Part shown: one piece after another, positions 45,262 through 59,228 of the stretch
Position numbering within the stretch: position 1 is the stretch's first letter
Layout: the number at the start of each line of letters is the position of its first letter
DNA from: the human T2T-CHM13v2.0 reference genome, Homo sapiens
NCBI RefSeq assembly: GCF_009914755.1
Contig: NC_060947.1
Length of the DNA: 64,000 nt
Reading direction: 5' to 3' (one strand)
Notes under the pieces: model-generated
Database searches by the model: none
What the model was told of the DNA's origin: nothing
What the model saw: only the letters and a program-made list of their open reading frames with translations
Translations under genes and position numbers: made by a program

Positions 45262-47670
45262 TTTTAAATGAACTTTTAATTTTAGAATAACTTTAGATTT
45301 ACAGAAAAGTTGTGAAGATGATACAGTGAGTTTTGATGTACTTTACACTCAGTTTCTTTTATTAACATCTGACATCAGTTGGGTATCACTATCATAATTA
45401 ATGAACCAATAGTGATACGTTATTATAACTAAACTCCATACTTTGGGTTTCCATTGTTTTTACATAATCTCTTTTTCTGTTCTGAATCCCACCTAGGATA
45501 CTACATTATACTTAGTTGTCACATCTAAAACTATTTTTTGTGGCTTGCAAATATACATTTTTCTTTGTTAATCTAGCTAGTGGTCTATCAATCTTGTTTA
45601 TCCTTTCAAATAACAAACTTTTGGTTCTGTTGATTGTATGGATTTTTCGTTCTCAATTTTGTTCAGTTCCACTCTGATTTTAGTTATTTCTTTTCTTCTC
45701 CTAGCTTTGGAGTCAGTTTGTTCTTGTTTTTCTAGTTCCTCTAGATGTAATATTAGATTGTTAATTTGAGAACTTTCTAACTTTTTGAGGTAAGTTTTTA
45801 ATGCTATAAACTTTCCTCTTAACACTGCTTTTGTTGCTTCCCAGAGATTCTGATATATTGTGTCTCTCATTTCATTTATTTCAAAGTTTTTTTTTATTTC
45901 ACCCCTAATTTCTTTGTTTACCCAAAAGTAAAGCAAGTTGTTTAATTTTCATGCAATTGGGTGGTTTTGAGAGATCTTCTTGGTATTTATTTTTATTTTT
46001 ATTCCACTGTGGTCCAATAGTATGGTTGGTATGGTTTTGATTTTTTTTTAATTTATTGAGACTTGCTTTATGGCCAAGCATGTGGTCAACCTTGGTGTAT
46101 GTTCCATGATTCACTTTTTTTGGTGACTGAAAATGGTGTATTTTCAATTTTGTTGTCTATGTATTTATTACTAGTATATAGAAATACAGTTGGTTTTATA
46201 TGGTTTATTGTATACTGCAACCTTGCTAAACTTGCTTATTACTTCTAGAAGGTTTTGTGGGGTTTGGGGGTAGATTCCTTGGGATGCTTTACATAGACAA
46301 TCATGTCATCTGAAAATGGGGACAGTTTTATTTTTTCCTCTCTAAACTGTATACCTTTTCTTTCTTTTCTTGCTTCACCACACTGGCTTCCAGCAGTATT
46401 TTGAATAAAGGCAGTGAAAACAGATATCCTTGCCTTGTGTCCCATCTTAGGTATAATGTTAAAGGCAGATTTTTAAGAATGCTCTTTATCAAATTAAGGA
46501 AGTTTCCTTGTATTCCTCTCTTTCTGAGAATTTTATCATCAAAATACATCATTTTTTTCAATACTTTTTCTTCATCAATTGATATCACGTGATGTTTCTT
46601 CTTCAATCTATTGATATGATATGTTACAGCAAATTTTAAAAAAAAAGTTGATATAGCCTTTCATCCTTGGAATAAACAACATTTAGTCATGCTGTATAAT
46701 TCTCCTTATATAGTGCTAAATTCTATTTATTAAGGATATTTGTATGGGTATTCATAAAGATTTTAAGTCTGTAGTTTTTTTTTTTTTCTTTTGACATGGA
46801 GTGTCACTCTGTGGCTCAGGCTGGAGAGCAGTGGCACAATCTTGCCTCACTGCAACCTCTGCCTCCCAGGTTCAAGCAATTCTCCCAAGTAGCTGAGACT
46901 ATAGGTGCACGCCACCACGCCCAGCTAATTTTTGTATTTTTGGTAGAGACGGGGTTTCACCATATTGGTCAGGCTGGTCTCGAACTCCTAGCCTCAGATG
47001 ATCCACCCGCCTCGGCCTCCCAAAGTGCTGGGATTACAGGCATGAGCCACCGCGCCCGGCCCTGTAGTTTTGCTTCATGCAGTCTTTTTCAGGTTGGTAT
47101 CAAGTGAATACTGACCTCCTAAAATGAGCTGGCAAGTAGTTTTTCCTCTTCTACTTTCTGGAAGAAATTTTTGGTAGAGTTCTCAAGTCAAACCATCTAT
47201 ACCTAGAAATATCTTTTTTGGCAGCTTTTAAATTACAAAACCAATTCCTTGAATAGTTATAGTGCAGTTCAAATTATTTGATATTCAGTGAGTTGTGGTA
47301 GTTTATGTTTTTCAAATGATTGGTCCATTTCATTTAAATAATCAAATTTTTAGGTGTAAAGTGTTTGTAACATTTGCTTATTATATTTTTGATGTCTTCA
47401 GGGTCTGTACTTAAATCTGTTTTATTCTTAACATTGGTGATTCATGTTTTTTCTTTTTTTCTTTTTCTTGTCAGTATTGCTAGAGATTTACCAATCTTAC
47501 TAAGTTTTCAAATCAAAGAACTTATTTTTTTAACTAAGTTTCTCCATGGTTTTCTTGTTTTCAATTCCACTGGTTTACAATCTTGTATTTATCATTTCCT
47601 TCCATCTGTTTGCATTGGGTTTACTTTGCTCTCCTTTATCTAGATTCTTGAGGGAGGAAATTAGGTTATC
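45262..47670 (-). mobile_element. L1MC/MD relics with an L1P fragment at ~45560-46110
   Basis: Antisense L1 3' end and ORF2 segments; ORF 45598-45936 resembles L1 ORF2 ([19 protein letters not shown]). Confidence 0.75.
46775..47061 (-). mobile_element. AluSx-like with a 13-bp internal deletion
   Basis: TSD CTGTAGTTTT; TGCCTCAGCCTCC missing near 46885. Confidence 0.9.
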
Positions 47671-48939
47671 AAATTGAAGCCTATATAATTCAGCCACAAT
47701 TGCCACCACGTTGCACAACTCTGAGGAGCATCGAAGTGTTCAATGGGAAAAGTGCACAGTAGAGATTTGCTATGCAGTGGCCCTATTCTCAGTAATATAG
47801 GAAAACTAAATACCAGCAACTAAATACCAGCAAATATGTTCGATAACAATTGTATATCAGTAACCTAACAATGATTCAATTATCTTTTTTCCTTGAAAAT
47901 GAATAAATCTATTCATATCAGGAGTTACTATGGTGTCTTTAAAAATATTTCAATAAAAAATATTACATTTTTTGTTCCTGGCAGACATCACCATATCTAC
48001 CATTCAAATTTTTGTTAATAGCTAAATAAACTAAATTTTGCCCTTTAACATTTCTTATGAATGTTTTCTGAAACTTCCAGTGTTTCATAATATAAAATAT
48101 AATTCATATACCTATATTAGGTTTGCTAAACATTTCTCTTGCCTGCATCTGCTCTTAGAGTGCAAATTGAGAATTGTGCTTGATAAAAACCATTTTACTG
48201 GTTTTTTAAAAAACTCTCACAATTATTGCTTTAAAAGACAGGGTGGGAGATGTAGTAATCGTTTTAATAGCTGGCTTCCAGGAAACTAAAAGCTGCAAGG
48301 CTAATTAAAAGGCTATATTCAACAAATTACATTGAGTTACAATTGACCCAACTTGGCAAATAATTGGCTATGTAGGCAAGGGGGTGGGAGAAGTCAAAGA
48401 TTATTTCATTTTTAAGTCTCTGTGACTGAGAGGTGTTTGCACTATTAAAAGAAATAGGAAACACAGAAAAAAGCTAAACAAATAAAGATAGACCATAACA
48501 TCCAGGTAGAGATATTCAACTCAGCAGGTCTTTGCAATATTAGGAAGCAGTGATGATCAGAATCATAGAAATTATACCTTCAACAAGTTTATTGAAAGTT
48601 TATTGATCAGGTATCAGGTGCTGTGCTCTGCTCTGGAATGCATTTACACAAAAGGTAGACTGGCAGTTCCTGACACTGAATGCGACTATACAGGATGAGT
48701 ATAAGGAGAGAAGAGCCCAACCACATGCTTATGTCATTTACACTTGGGATATGGGAAAAGGGAAGGGGGAGATGGAAAAGTAAAAAAGGTAACCAAAGAA
48801 CCAGGAGAATGCAATAAAACAGAAGCTAAAAGAGGAGAGGATTTTAAAGGAGGGATGGTAAACAGCAAAAGAATTCATAGAGAGTTTGAAGGTACTGAGG
48901 AAAAAGACAACTTGGATGTGTGTGTAGGAGATAACTCAT

Positions 48940-49056
48940 GCTAATAATATTTATTGAACACTAAATATTTCACATGTATTTGTCATTTAATCTTCACTGC
49001 AATTCTATAAGAGAAGACATTATTGTAACCATTTTACATATTGAGAAAACTGAGGT
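48940..49056. mobile_element. MIR fragment, host of MER31
   Basis: CCATTTTACATATTGAGAAAACTGAGG core. Confidence 0.7.
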
Positions 49057-50104
49057 TTCTTAAAGAAAACCAGAGCCAGAAAGTAGTTAAAGTAGTAAAA
49101 ACATATTTACTCAGGATCTACTGTAATAGGAAAAAAGAGATCTCAGTATAGAGCTGAGCTCAATTGTGAATTTAGCAGGATAAGTGAGGACTTATAGCCA
49201 AAGAACAGAGTTTGTGGTAGGGTTATTGAATGGAGAATTACTACTAAGAAACATCAATGGTAGGGAAATCTTAGTTAGAATGACTTAGGAATCTTGCTGA
49301 AGGTAAGACAGGGTTATCCAATATCAAGGGTAAGGGAAAAGAAATTTGATCAAATATTGAACGTGATTAAATACTAAGGGTGGGAAACTCTCTCCAAACT
49401 GATATAGGAGACCAAAATATGCAATCTCAAAATATATTTGTGGAGTACCTGAATGTGCCACCCCCAAATATGCTCCTTTTGGCATAAGGATTAGTTTGAG
49501 CTGATTTTTTTCAGTAACTGCAAACACAGAAGAATCTCTGAAAACAACATAGAAGTTACTATTTTTTAAGATAAATTTACATCTATAAAGAAAATCTCCA
49601 TCTATCCATTATTGTACCAGGACAAGAAGGATGACTTTAAATCACTAAAGACTCTTATCAGTAGAGAAGATAGCAAGTTAAACCTGCATAACAAACTATA
49701 CACTTAATTATTTTGCTTTTTCTGGTCATATCCTTATTATTGGTCTCTCCAGTATCTTTCCTTCCCTGTTTCAGCAGACAATGGTATTTAAGCCTGAATT
49801 CAAAACCACCTTTTTGATATTGAGTCATTTCTCTGGGTGTCTCTCACATATACACGAGGTTTACATGTTATTGAACTTTCATTTGATTTTTTCTTGTTAT
49901 TCTGTCTTTCGTTATAAGAGTCTGTTTCAACTAACAGCTATGAATGGTGGAGAAAAAGTTATGTTTCTTCCCGTACATTGACTTAGCAGGATTCTTGTTC
50001 CAACTGAACTAGGCAGGGTGAAGACAAGGCCCAAGCTGAGACTTAGTCAAAAACAGGTCTCAAAGGATTCCCTCTAAAGTTTGGTCAAGGAGAGAGTATT
50101 TTTT
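49057..50104 (-). mobile_element. MER31-like ERV1 LTR split by MER34
   Basis: CTAAAGTTTGGTCAAGGAGAGAG end motif. Confidence 0.7.
49403..49977 (+). mobile_element. MER34-like ERV1 LTR
   Basis: GCCACCCCCAAATATGCTCCTTTTGGCATAAGGATTAG motif; TSD CTGA/TTGA. Confidence 0.75.
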
Positions 50105-50249
50105 CGGCTAAATGTTTAACTTTGTTGAAGGAAAATAGTAGAGCAGGAGTATAATCTCATCTCTGTTTTCTCCTAGATTCATCTACTTCTTAACCTCAGA
50201 ATAAAGTTTCAATCAGTGTAAGCAGAAGTCATATTAGAAGGGAGCTAAT

Positions 50250-50418
50250 GCAGTTGTTCCCAAACATTGCTACAGATTGTAAAAAACACCTGATAGTCAT
50301 TTTAAAAGCTCAATGCCCAAGTCACAATGCCCATGCTAATTAAATCAGAATGTATCTTTCAGAATTTTTTAAAGTTCATCAAATAATTTCAACATGCAGC
50401 AAAGTCTGAGAACCACTG
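50250..50418. mobile_element. MER5-type element
   Basis: TIR-like ends CAGTTGTTCCCAAAC / TGAGAACCACTG. Confidence 0.65.
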
Positions 50419-50505
50419 GGCTAATGAGTAAGTAGGCCAAAGAGAGAAAAGAGCAGTATATAATATGCCTTCAAGCAATTTGCTGCTAAAAAGAGGGGAA
50501 TTAAA

Positions 50506-50663
50506 TTAGTTGGGTGTGGCGGCATGCACCTGTAGTCACAGCTACTTGGGAGGCTGAGGAAGGAGGATTGCTTGAACCTGAGAGTTCAAGGTTTCGGTGA
50601 GCAATTTTCATGCCACTGCACTCTAACCTAGGCAACAGAATGAGAACCTGTCTCTAAAAAAAA
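50506..50663 (+). mobile_element. Alu monomer (FRAM or AluJ right arm)
   Basis: Single diverged Alu right arm with an A tail. Confidence 0.85.
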
Positions 50664-50729
50664 TTGAAGTAAATTAAAATTAAATGAAGGGAAATAAGCT
50701 AGGCAAGTTAGGAGTGATGGGGAAATATA

Positions 50730-51407
50730 ATTAAGAGAAACAAAATAAATATTTTCCTAACCCAGAAAATCTTTCTACAAAGGTAGGAGAGATAAAAACA
50801 AGTTTTATTATTGAATAAGTATTAAACCAGAATGTCATGCAAATCACAGGCAATCTGTTAAGACATTACAAAGAGAAAAGAAAATTTACACTTTTATATA
50901 GCCAAGCAGCTACAATCCATTATGTATATGTTTTTAAGATAAACAATAAGTAGTCTTCACATAAGAATATTCCACAACACCTTTTGTCACACATAATTCA
51001 TCATAACTTTACTATGAAAATTGGGGAAATTCCCTTTATTAGTTGAATGCCTTTATGTGGACACTTTAGTTTCTTTAGTTTGACACTTCCTATAACTTAA
51101 TAACAAGAGGTAGTTTTGCAAATTGGAGGGAGGCTCCCATTGAAGGTAGGCTCTTTCCCTCCCACAGGAGGTAAGGACGTTATCTCTCTTGATGTTTGTG
51201 TTTCAGAAAGATGCCTTCCAGGTCCTTGAAATGTTACTGAGTTGAGAGACTGATGAGAGTGTTATTCAGTGATTGTAAAGATTTACATACATTCAAAGAG
51301 AACGTAGAAAGAAGTTCTCAAACATTAGAGAGAGGAGAGGAGTGTCTTTTCTTATTTTCAACAGAGAGAATTAAGCCTCTTATTTTAAATTTGTATGTGT
51401 AATTTCA
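50730..51407 (-). mobile_element. ERV1-class solo LTR (MER89-like, uncertain)
   Basis: Reverse-complement begins TGAAATTACACATACAAATTTAAAATAAGAGGCTTAATTCTC. Confidence 0.5.
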
Positions 51408-52242
51408 GGAGATATCAGAATTAAGGAGATTTTCTTTTCCAAACTTACATGGAAAAATGTAAAAAGGTTTGCATGCTGAGGGTAAAAGACTATGGGAGAA
51501 GCGGGCATTGAATGTGCAAGAGAATAGAGGTATTGATGGCACAAGGTTCCAGAGCAGGAGAGAAGTGGTGACTTCAAAATTCTAAGTAAAGTGCTAAGTT
51601 CAGGCCAGGAGAAGGGAAACTGCTTTCCTGAAATGAGGGAGTGAAGATGCAGAAATATGACCTTATGGAGAAAGGGTGATTGCCTGTCTTCATCCTATGG
51701 AATCTACAATGTTCTTCCATTAGCATCATCTCCAGGGACTGGAGCTTACTTACTACAGTCACAGTCCAGTGGCGACATGTTTCAGGGGATGCAATTAGCA
51801 GCAGTATTTCTCTAATCATCACCATTGGATGAGGAAAATTATAAAAGACTATGCCAACAATTTATTTGCTCACATTCATATCATCAAAATATGCTGCAGT
51901 CACTATCAGAGGCTTTTCATTTCCAAAGTATCCAGGGCCTTGTAATTGACAGTGGGGAACTCTATGGGGTGTGTCAAAGCCAAGTTGTTTGACAGAGATC
52001 TTTCTATTTTTATCTAAGATTTGTTTTATAAATGTGAGAGATCAAATAGAATTTTTCCTGAAAAATATAAATAAAATAAGTTAAATGCAACTCAAAAAGG
52101 TTTGTTGTCTATCCCTATTGCCCCTCCAGGTTTTCATCAAACGCCAGGTGCCCCATATCCAAGGTCACTTTAATCATCCTGTTTTAAGTACTCCATGAAA
52201 TTATTGTATTTTCATGTATTTAAATTAATTAATTGAAAATGT

Positions 52243-52851
52243 TGTCATCCAAAAGATGACCAGGATGGCTAAATAGTAGAAAGGAGAGCCTTATTGGTGA
52301 TATTGGTTTGCAAGCCAGGAGGAGAAAGTCTCCAGCATGCATTGAGGATGCTCTCTTTGAAGAGGGAAAGCCAAACTGGGTTTCAAGCTTCACAGGTTCC
52401 ATATCACACAATAGAGTCATACATTTTCATCAGGGTAGGAAGAAAAGCTAAATTACATTTATGAGTGGAGCCAAGCACATATGCAATGGGTAAACATACA
52501 TGTAACATACATTAAAGTGAGATGGAATTTGGTTCTTTATGTCAAAAGATGAACTATAGGATACAAAGACAGTTTGTGTGCACCCTCTATAAACTGGCTG
52601 AAAATGGCTTAAGGTCTATGATTTCTTATCAGAGAAGAATACTTGTAAGGCCAGTCTTCCATCCAATCAGAGGTGTAGTGGTCTGGGTTGTAAACCAGCC
52701 TGGTAGTTCCTATTGTTAGGGAGTTTGGGGAGTATTTAAAAATTTGCCATGCCAGTCAGGCCCTGAACCCTCAACCAACAGGTAATATTTTTTAACCTTA
52801 GGGTCCCTGTTAGTTGATAAAGGGCCATCTCTTTTGGTCTCTCAGATCACA
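52243..52851 (-). mobile_element. ERV1 solo LTR (LTR29-like)
   Basis: TG...CA ends; perfect 4-bp TSD ATGT. Confidence 0.75.
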
Positions 52852-53019
52852 ATGTTAAAGGTAAAATCTTAGATGAAAAACCAGATCTGTGTAGATTTTT
52901 ATGCCAACGTGGATATGGTGAATTAAGAGCAAAGCCAAAAGGCCTAACAGGATTTTGCAGTGGCAGCTTGAAGCAGGAGAAAAAACAAACAGCCAAAGCT
53001 TCTAATGTGAACCTTTTTC

Positions 53020-53290
53020 ATACTTTTACTTGGGCTATCTGGGGTAATCCTCTTAGTTAATCTTTCTTGGCCTCAGTTTCCTCATTTGTATAACTAAAGT
53101 GTTGGATTCCATTATTTATCCTCCAACTTCTACTGAGAAAGAATAAATAAATAAGTATGGTTTAAACTGCAGCATAAGGAGTTAGGACTTGATATGAGAC
53201 AAAAAATGTCCAAAGTATTGCAGCTATACTAGGAGAAGCATTGACAATCTTCCTTGGATATTTTTTAAACAGGAAATCTCCCTATGTGTA
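53020..53290. mobile_element. MIR fragments
   Basis: GGCCTCAGTTTCCTCATTTGTATAA core. Confidence 0.65.
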
Positions 53291-54026
53291 AAAGGGTTGT
53301 AGGTAAAGGCACAAGAAAGAGTCTTATTTGGTGGTCCCTCCTGGCCAAGAATATAATCCATTCCACTGAAAATAAGCAAATGAAATATTCTCCAGAACCC
53401 AGCTTCACTGTGGAATGAGATATCTGGCAGTTAGAAATGGTCAATTCATGCACCACAGGTGAGCAGCTCCCACTGAGGTTCAAAAGCAAGCTGACCACTA
53501 GAAAGCTCTGGATTTGTCTCCAGAGCATTAGGATTTTTATTGCTTTATGATCCATCCACATCCATATAAAATGATTTATTCCCTTGGTATATGCAATATA
53601 ATACCAAAGAATTAGCACTGGAACAGTTTCAGGGGTCAATTAACCCAAACCCAGAATTCTAAGCAGCAGAGATTAGTTTTTGAAATGTTTCCCAGTAATT
53701 AAATCTAGCAATGAAGGTGATTCCACCACTTTCCTTTTTTTCCAACTCTTTTAATTATTACTGAGTCTAACTTCCTCACATGTAAAAAAATCACTTAAGG
53801 ATGGTTATGAGTATTTATATACACTGAGGTGTGATTGGGGATTAATTGTCTCCATGCTTCTCCAAGATTTCCACGGGCAAGTATGACCCTCAAAAAGATT
53901 ATTGCATTTTGTTATGAGGCTCAGTTAAGAATCTTCCACCCTACATAGCAGATAAAACATTTTAACAAGAAAAAAGTACTTTAAGCTCAGTTATAGCCTA
54001 TATAATAATACGTATGTGCTTATGAC

Positions 54027-54555
54027 AATAGGGACGGAAAAATGTTCCTATTTCTTTATGCATCTTAGGTTCATTGGCTGGCGCCCTGTAAATTAGACTG
54101 ACAAAAGATAAATTAACAAGAGAAAAACAGAAGTCTCAACAGTGGTTAGAACTTGGGTTTATATACTACCTTAAAAAGAATACATTTTGTAGAGAAACTG
54201 ACAAGACAAAGGAAAAAGACTTTAAGCTTCTTGGACTCAGCAAATTGAGGGAAAGTAAACATTTTCGGGAGCTAATGTAAGATAAGGGCAAGTTAGTAAA
54301 GGTTCATTATATAGGTTCCTCTGTTGCCCTTTGTGGGCTGATAAGGGTCTAGAGTTGTCTCTGGTGATTAATTTCTGTCCTTCCTCGTAGAGAGAGGAGA
54401 GGGGCCACCTTTACAAATTTATGTCCTGCTTTGGAGCATATAGGGGGAGGAAAGAGTCCTATTCTTGTATCAGCTTTTTCTCTATTACCTTGAGCTCAAA
54501 ATAATCCTTATTCCAGAATGGCATATTTTGAGGTGGTATATTCTGCTATCCTTCA
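54027..54555 (-). mobile_element. MER34/MER39-family ERV1 LTR
   Basis: Reverse-complement begins TGAAGGATAGCAGAATATACCACCTCAAAATATGCC; TSD TGAC. Confidence 0.75.
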
Positions 54556-54899
54556 TGACCAACAACAAGGACACTCACTATGGAAATAAAAACAAATGTT
54601 TCTATCAGTCTGAGAAGAAGGAAACCAAAGGATACAGAAGAATAGCTCAGTTTTTATAAGTTGTGGAAGAGCAGAGGACCTAAAATGTAGAAAGACAGGG
54701 ACTGGTGGCTAAGAGATATGGTCTCTAACATCTCTGACATTTGATCATTTACATAAGGTAAAATGCATTTTTCCAAAGCTAACACTGTGCTGTCATAAGC
54801 ACTTGGTACTGCTGAGGATGACTCTGAATCCTCTACAAACTCGAAGGGAAAAAGTACCTCTAAGAAAGATGAATCAGAAGTAGATTGAACTGGTCAGCT

Positions 54900-55500
54900 G
54901 GGAGAATCACAGGATCATAGAGGTGGGAAGGAATTAAGAAATTAGACCAAACCTCCCATCCAATGCAGAACCCTCCCTACAACACCTCCAATTGGTGTGC
55001 ATTCAGTTTCTGCTTGATTACTTCCAGTGACTAGAACTCCTCTGAAGAAGGAGAATGTAAAAATATTCTTCCTTTGGTTGAACAAGAATCTGCCATTCAT
55101 AACTTCCATTCACAACTTCCATTCACTGACTGTTTCTAACCACAGAAGTTATAAAAGATACACACATAACCCCACTTTGATCTGGCAGTTCTTCAAATAT
55201 TTAAAGACAGGCCTAGTTACCTTGCAGAGAGACAATATAAGAAATGTAAGTTTAAAGTCAATCTAAATCTGCAACACACATATACAGAACTGAACATGCT
55301 GTTCCAGATATATTCTGACCAGCACAATCCACAATATAGACTACTAAGCCCTCTTCCTGATAGACTTCTATTAATATAGCGCCTAAAGTTGTCCTTTTAT
55401 TCCCATCATATCACACTAATGTTGCATACCAAGTAAAATCTGTTTTATATATAATCTTGCTATTAAGCCAAGAAGCTCTTATCTTATCTTTGATACCTTA
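54900..55500 (-). mobile_element. CR1/L3-like relic
   Basis: GAATCACAGGATCATAGAGGTGGGAAGG...CCAATGCAGAACCCTCCCTACAAC motif. Confidence 0.45.
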
Positions 55501-55537
55501 ATTTCTTGAGCTTTAATGAAACACATTATAGACAACA

Positions 55538-56174
55538 TTGAATTATACCTGAGCCCTGTGCTCCTACAAAACAAATTAGGTTAAAGAAACTCCCCACTCT
55601 TGTATTATGGAAAATGATTTACTGCAAAAAACTACCCTTCCCCATGTGACTTAGATAATACTCACAGATGCCCCTTTGTTTTCATATGGCAAGGCCAGAC
55701 ACAGACCCTACAAATTCCCATTCTTTTCATAAATGATTAATTGAACTGGTTATGCCTACCGATCTTTTGGAATGTAATGCCTCTTAACCAAACTTTGTCT
55801 AAAACTTTTTCTCCCAGGCTGCAGAACATTGGCCCAACCTCAGCCTAGACAGCATACAAACTCTCTCTAAGGGCCCTCATGGAAAATAAACTAGCCTCAG
55901 GGTAAAACCTTCTCTGATTTACTATTCCATCGCGCCACAATTTCAACCTGCTTCCCTACACCTGGTTCTTTCTAGCTATGTATACTCCTCTCTATAAAAG
56001 AAAACTCTTTTCACCTTACTCTTGAGATACTTTGTAGATATTATGGTCACAAATTTCCCCCTATTATAATAGTCCCTATCTCCCTGTTACAATAGTTCTG
56101 CTCCTCCCATCTTGCAAAATAATCCTTTTGAATAAAGTCTCTCTTTATTAAGTCCAGATTTGCTTTCATTTGAC
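55538..56174 (+). mobile_element. ERV1-class solo LTR (family uncertain)
   Basis: TG...CA ends, TATAAAA at ~55994, AATAAA at ~56131. Confidence 0.6.
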
Positions 56175-56203
56175 ATTATGTATATTTCTACTCAATTACA
56201 TCC

Positions 56204-57216
56204 TGTGTGGGCACATGGCACGGGACTGGTGGGCAGCTCTGTCCACGGTCCCAGCGCAGGATCCACTAGGCGAAGCCAGCTGGGCTCCTGAGTTGAGTGG
56301 AGACTTGGAGAACTTTTATGTGTAGCTGGAGGATTGTAAATGCACCAATCAGCACTCTGTGTCTAGCTCGGGGTTCGTGGATGCACCAATCAGCACTCTG
56401 TATCTAGCTAATCCGGTGGGGACTTGGAGAACTTTTATGTCTAGGTGGAGGATTGTAAATGCACCAATCAGCACTCTGTGTCTAGCTCAGGGATTGTAAA
56501 CGCACCAATCAGCACTCTGTGTCTAGCTAAAGGTTTGTAAACGCACCAATCAGTGCTCTGTGTCTAGTTAATCTAGTGGGGACTTGGAGAACTTTTACGT
56601 CTAGCTAGAGGATTGTAAATACACCAATCAGCATTCTGTGTCTAGCTCAGGGATTGTAAACGCACCAATCAGCACCCTGACAAAATGGACCAATCAGCTC
56701 TCTGTAAAATGGACCAATTAGCAGGATGTGGGTGGGGCCAGATAAGGGAATAAAAGCAGGCTGCCCAAGCCAGCAGCAGCAACACACTCTGGTCCCCTTC
56801 CACACTGTGGAAGCTTTGTTCTTTTGCTCTTTGCAATAAATCTTGCTGCTGCTCACTCTTTGGGTCCACACTGCCTTTATGAGCTGTAACACTCACCGTG
56901 AAGGTCTGCAGCTTCACTCCTGAGGCCAGCGAGCCCACGAACCCACCGGGAGGAATGAACACTCTGGACAGGAGGAATGATCAACTCCAGAAGCACTGCC
57001 TTAAGAGCTGTAACATTCAGCATGAAGGTCTGCAGCTTCACTCCTGAAGCCAGCGAAACCACAAACCCACCAAAAGGAAGAAACTCCGAAAACGTCTGAA
57101 CATCAGAAGGAAAAACTCTGGACACACCATCTTTAAGAACTGTAACCCTCACCACGAGGGTCCGCAGCTTCATTCTTGAAGTCAGTGAGACCAAGAACCC
57201 ACCAATTCCAGACACA
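56204..57216 (+). mobile_element. LTR12 (ERV9) solo LTR, 5' part deleted
   Basis: Tandem GCACCAATCAGCACTCTG U3 repeats; U5 repeats GAAGGTCTGCAGCTTCACTCCTGA; ends CCAATTCCAGACACA. Confidence 0.95.
56335..56790 (+). promoter_or_regulatory. LTR12 enhancer/promoter: 9 CCAAT boxes, GT/GC box, GATA site, AATAAA TATA-like box (~56749)
   Basis: Motifs read directly; layout matches the known ERV9 LTR promoter; activity not shown. Confidence 0.6.
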
Positions 57217-57538
57217 CCAGTACCTGGACCCAATTAGAGTAAGTAAATTTACTGAGGCTCCAGAGGAAGGACTTCAGGACTCAGACCTTAGTTATAGATT
57301 AAAATAGGTTAATCACTAATGTATGTAGATGAACGCACATTTACAAGTAGACTTATAGCTTAGAAGTATATAAGCTCTCTAAAACTTTGTAATTTGGAGT
57401 TGGTCTGGCAATAATTTCCAGGCCTTCTCCTTGTAACCAGTTACAGAAATAACAACTCTCTTTTTCCCCAGTTCATCTGCATCTCGTTATTGGGCCATGA
57501 GAAATAACACCCTGACCTTCAGTTTGGTCAAGGAACAA
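57217..57538 (+). mobile_element. 3' part of an ERV1 LTR (LTR15-like)
   Basis: TATATAAG box; ends CAGTTTGGTCAAGGAACA. Confidence 0.65.
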
Positions 57539-58850
57539 TTCTTTAAAGGGATTCACAATCTTCTGTATTGAATGGTTCGTTCTCTCTCCCCCTCCACCTC
57601 CTATTTCCCTTGCCCTTGCCCTTCCCCTCTCTCTCTTTCAAAGAAAAAGGAGATGAGATTTGATGTTGTGTAGGCCAAAACAAACTTACTGATGTGGGCC
57701 ATTTACAAACTCCCTGGGATAACCCTTTGCCATTCAGGAAAATCCAATAGTTTAGCCTTTTATTCTCTCATGGTTCGGGGCTGACTCATTCTAATGGCTG
57801 GAATGTTACTTTCACAATCAACACTGTACATTTGTATAGGGATTTGTAAACTTTTGGATTTTGTTTTGAGATATCTTAGCAAGAATATGCTGCCTTTAGC
57901 TTTTATTGTATTACCTTATTGAGCAAATATGGCTTGAAATCCATCAGCCATGGTGGACTGTGTTAATGCTTGGAAAAAGGTGTTTCCTTTCAACCAAACA
58001 AACATTTGCCTAGGTTGTCCTGCATCCAGTCTCATTCCCTTGATATATGCTGTGAACACTCACCAGAACTAAACATATTTTAACAGTCAAATTATAAAAA
58101 TCATAAATACATATGAGTATACTAGCTCAAGCAATAACAAAAATTACAAACTTACACACATAAAGATAAAATGATGAAATTTTCATTGAGGGCATTTCCC
58201 TTCTTAGGATATTTCTTGAAAGTATGATTAGCTCAAGAAGAGGCCAGGCATTTTGATTCTATAATCCTCTGACCCTTGGCACTATAAACACACACCTCTG
58301 AAATTAAAACTCTCAGGTGGTATACAGAAAAGAAATACAAGGTACATTTGTCTCTCAAGGAAATAAGAGAAGTTTTAATTGTTCTTTCCTATACTTTTTG
58401 GCATGCATTTATGTGAAATTCTGCCCAGATAAATCTGTTCAGACTATCATGGTGCCTTACATGCATGTATATCTGAAGGTATTATTAAATTGTGTCAGCT
58501 CTCTCTTCTATGTTGGTATGAAGGGGTCTTTTGTGGGAAGGATTGTTTTATTCCCGCATTAAGGAGTAACTAGAGTTTATAATCTCTCCTTAATAGAGCA
58601 TTAATGAAGGGTTTTGTTATTTTGACTAGAATAGTCCTAAATCTCCACATTATTCCAGATTCATTTCCTTCTTCTATTAATCTGGTTCTATTGCCCCAAT
58701 TCCTGTCTCCACTTAACATTGCACAATGATCTGATTACTTTATGGTATTGATATTTCTGTGCTAATAACAAAGTATCTGCAAACTATCTATCTGCCCTTA
58801 AAGTCACCCCTGACTCCATACACATCCACACACAAAGACTGTTAATATAA

Positions 58851-59228
<378 letters not shown>

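Noticed and set aside
45560-46030. Inverted similarity to 21175-21620
   Set aside because: Explained by shared L1 family homology; no evidence of local duplication
47805-47832. 14-bp tandem duplication AACTAAATACCAGC (similar ones at ~37699-37726 and ~42211-42228)
   Set aside because: Ordinary slippage micro-duplications
53395-53457. Possible 63-nt plus-strand exon ending CAG/GTGAGC
   Set aside because: Weak polypyrimidine tract, no recognisable peptide, no partner exons
56335-57190. Regularly spaced repeats resembling a CRISPR array
   Set aside because: Known LTR12 U3/U5 tandem repeats; no unique spacers; eukaryotic DNA
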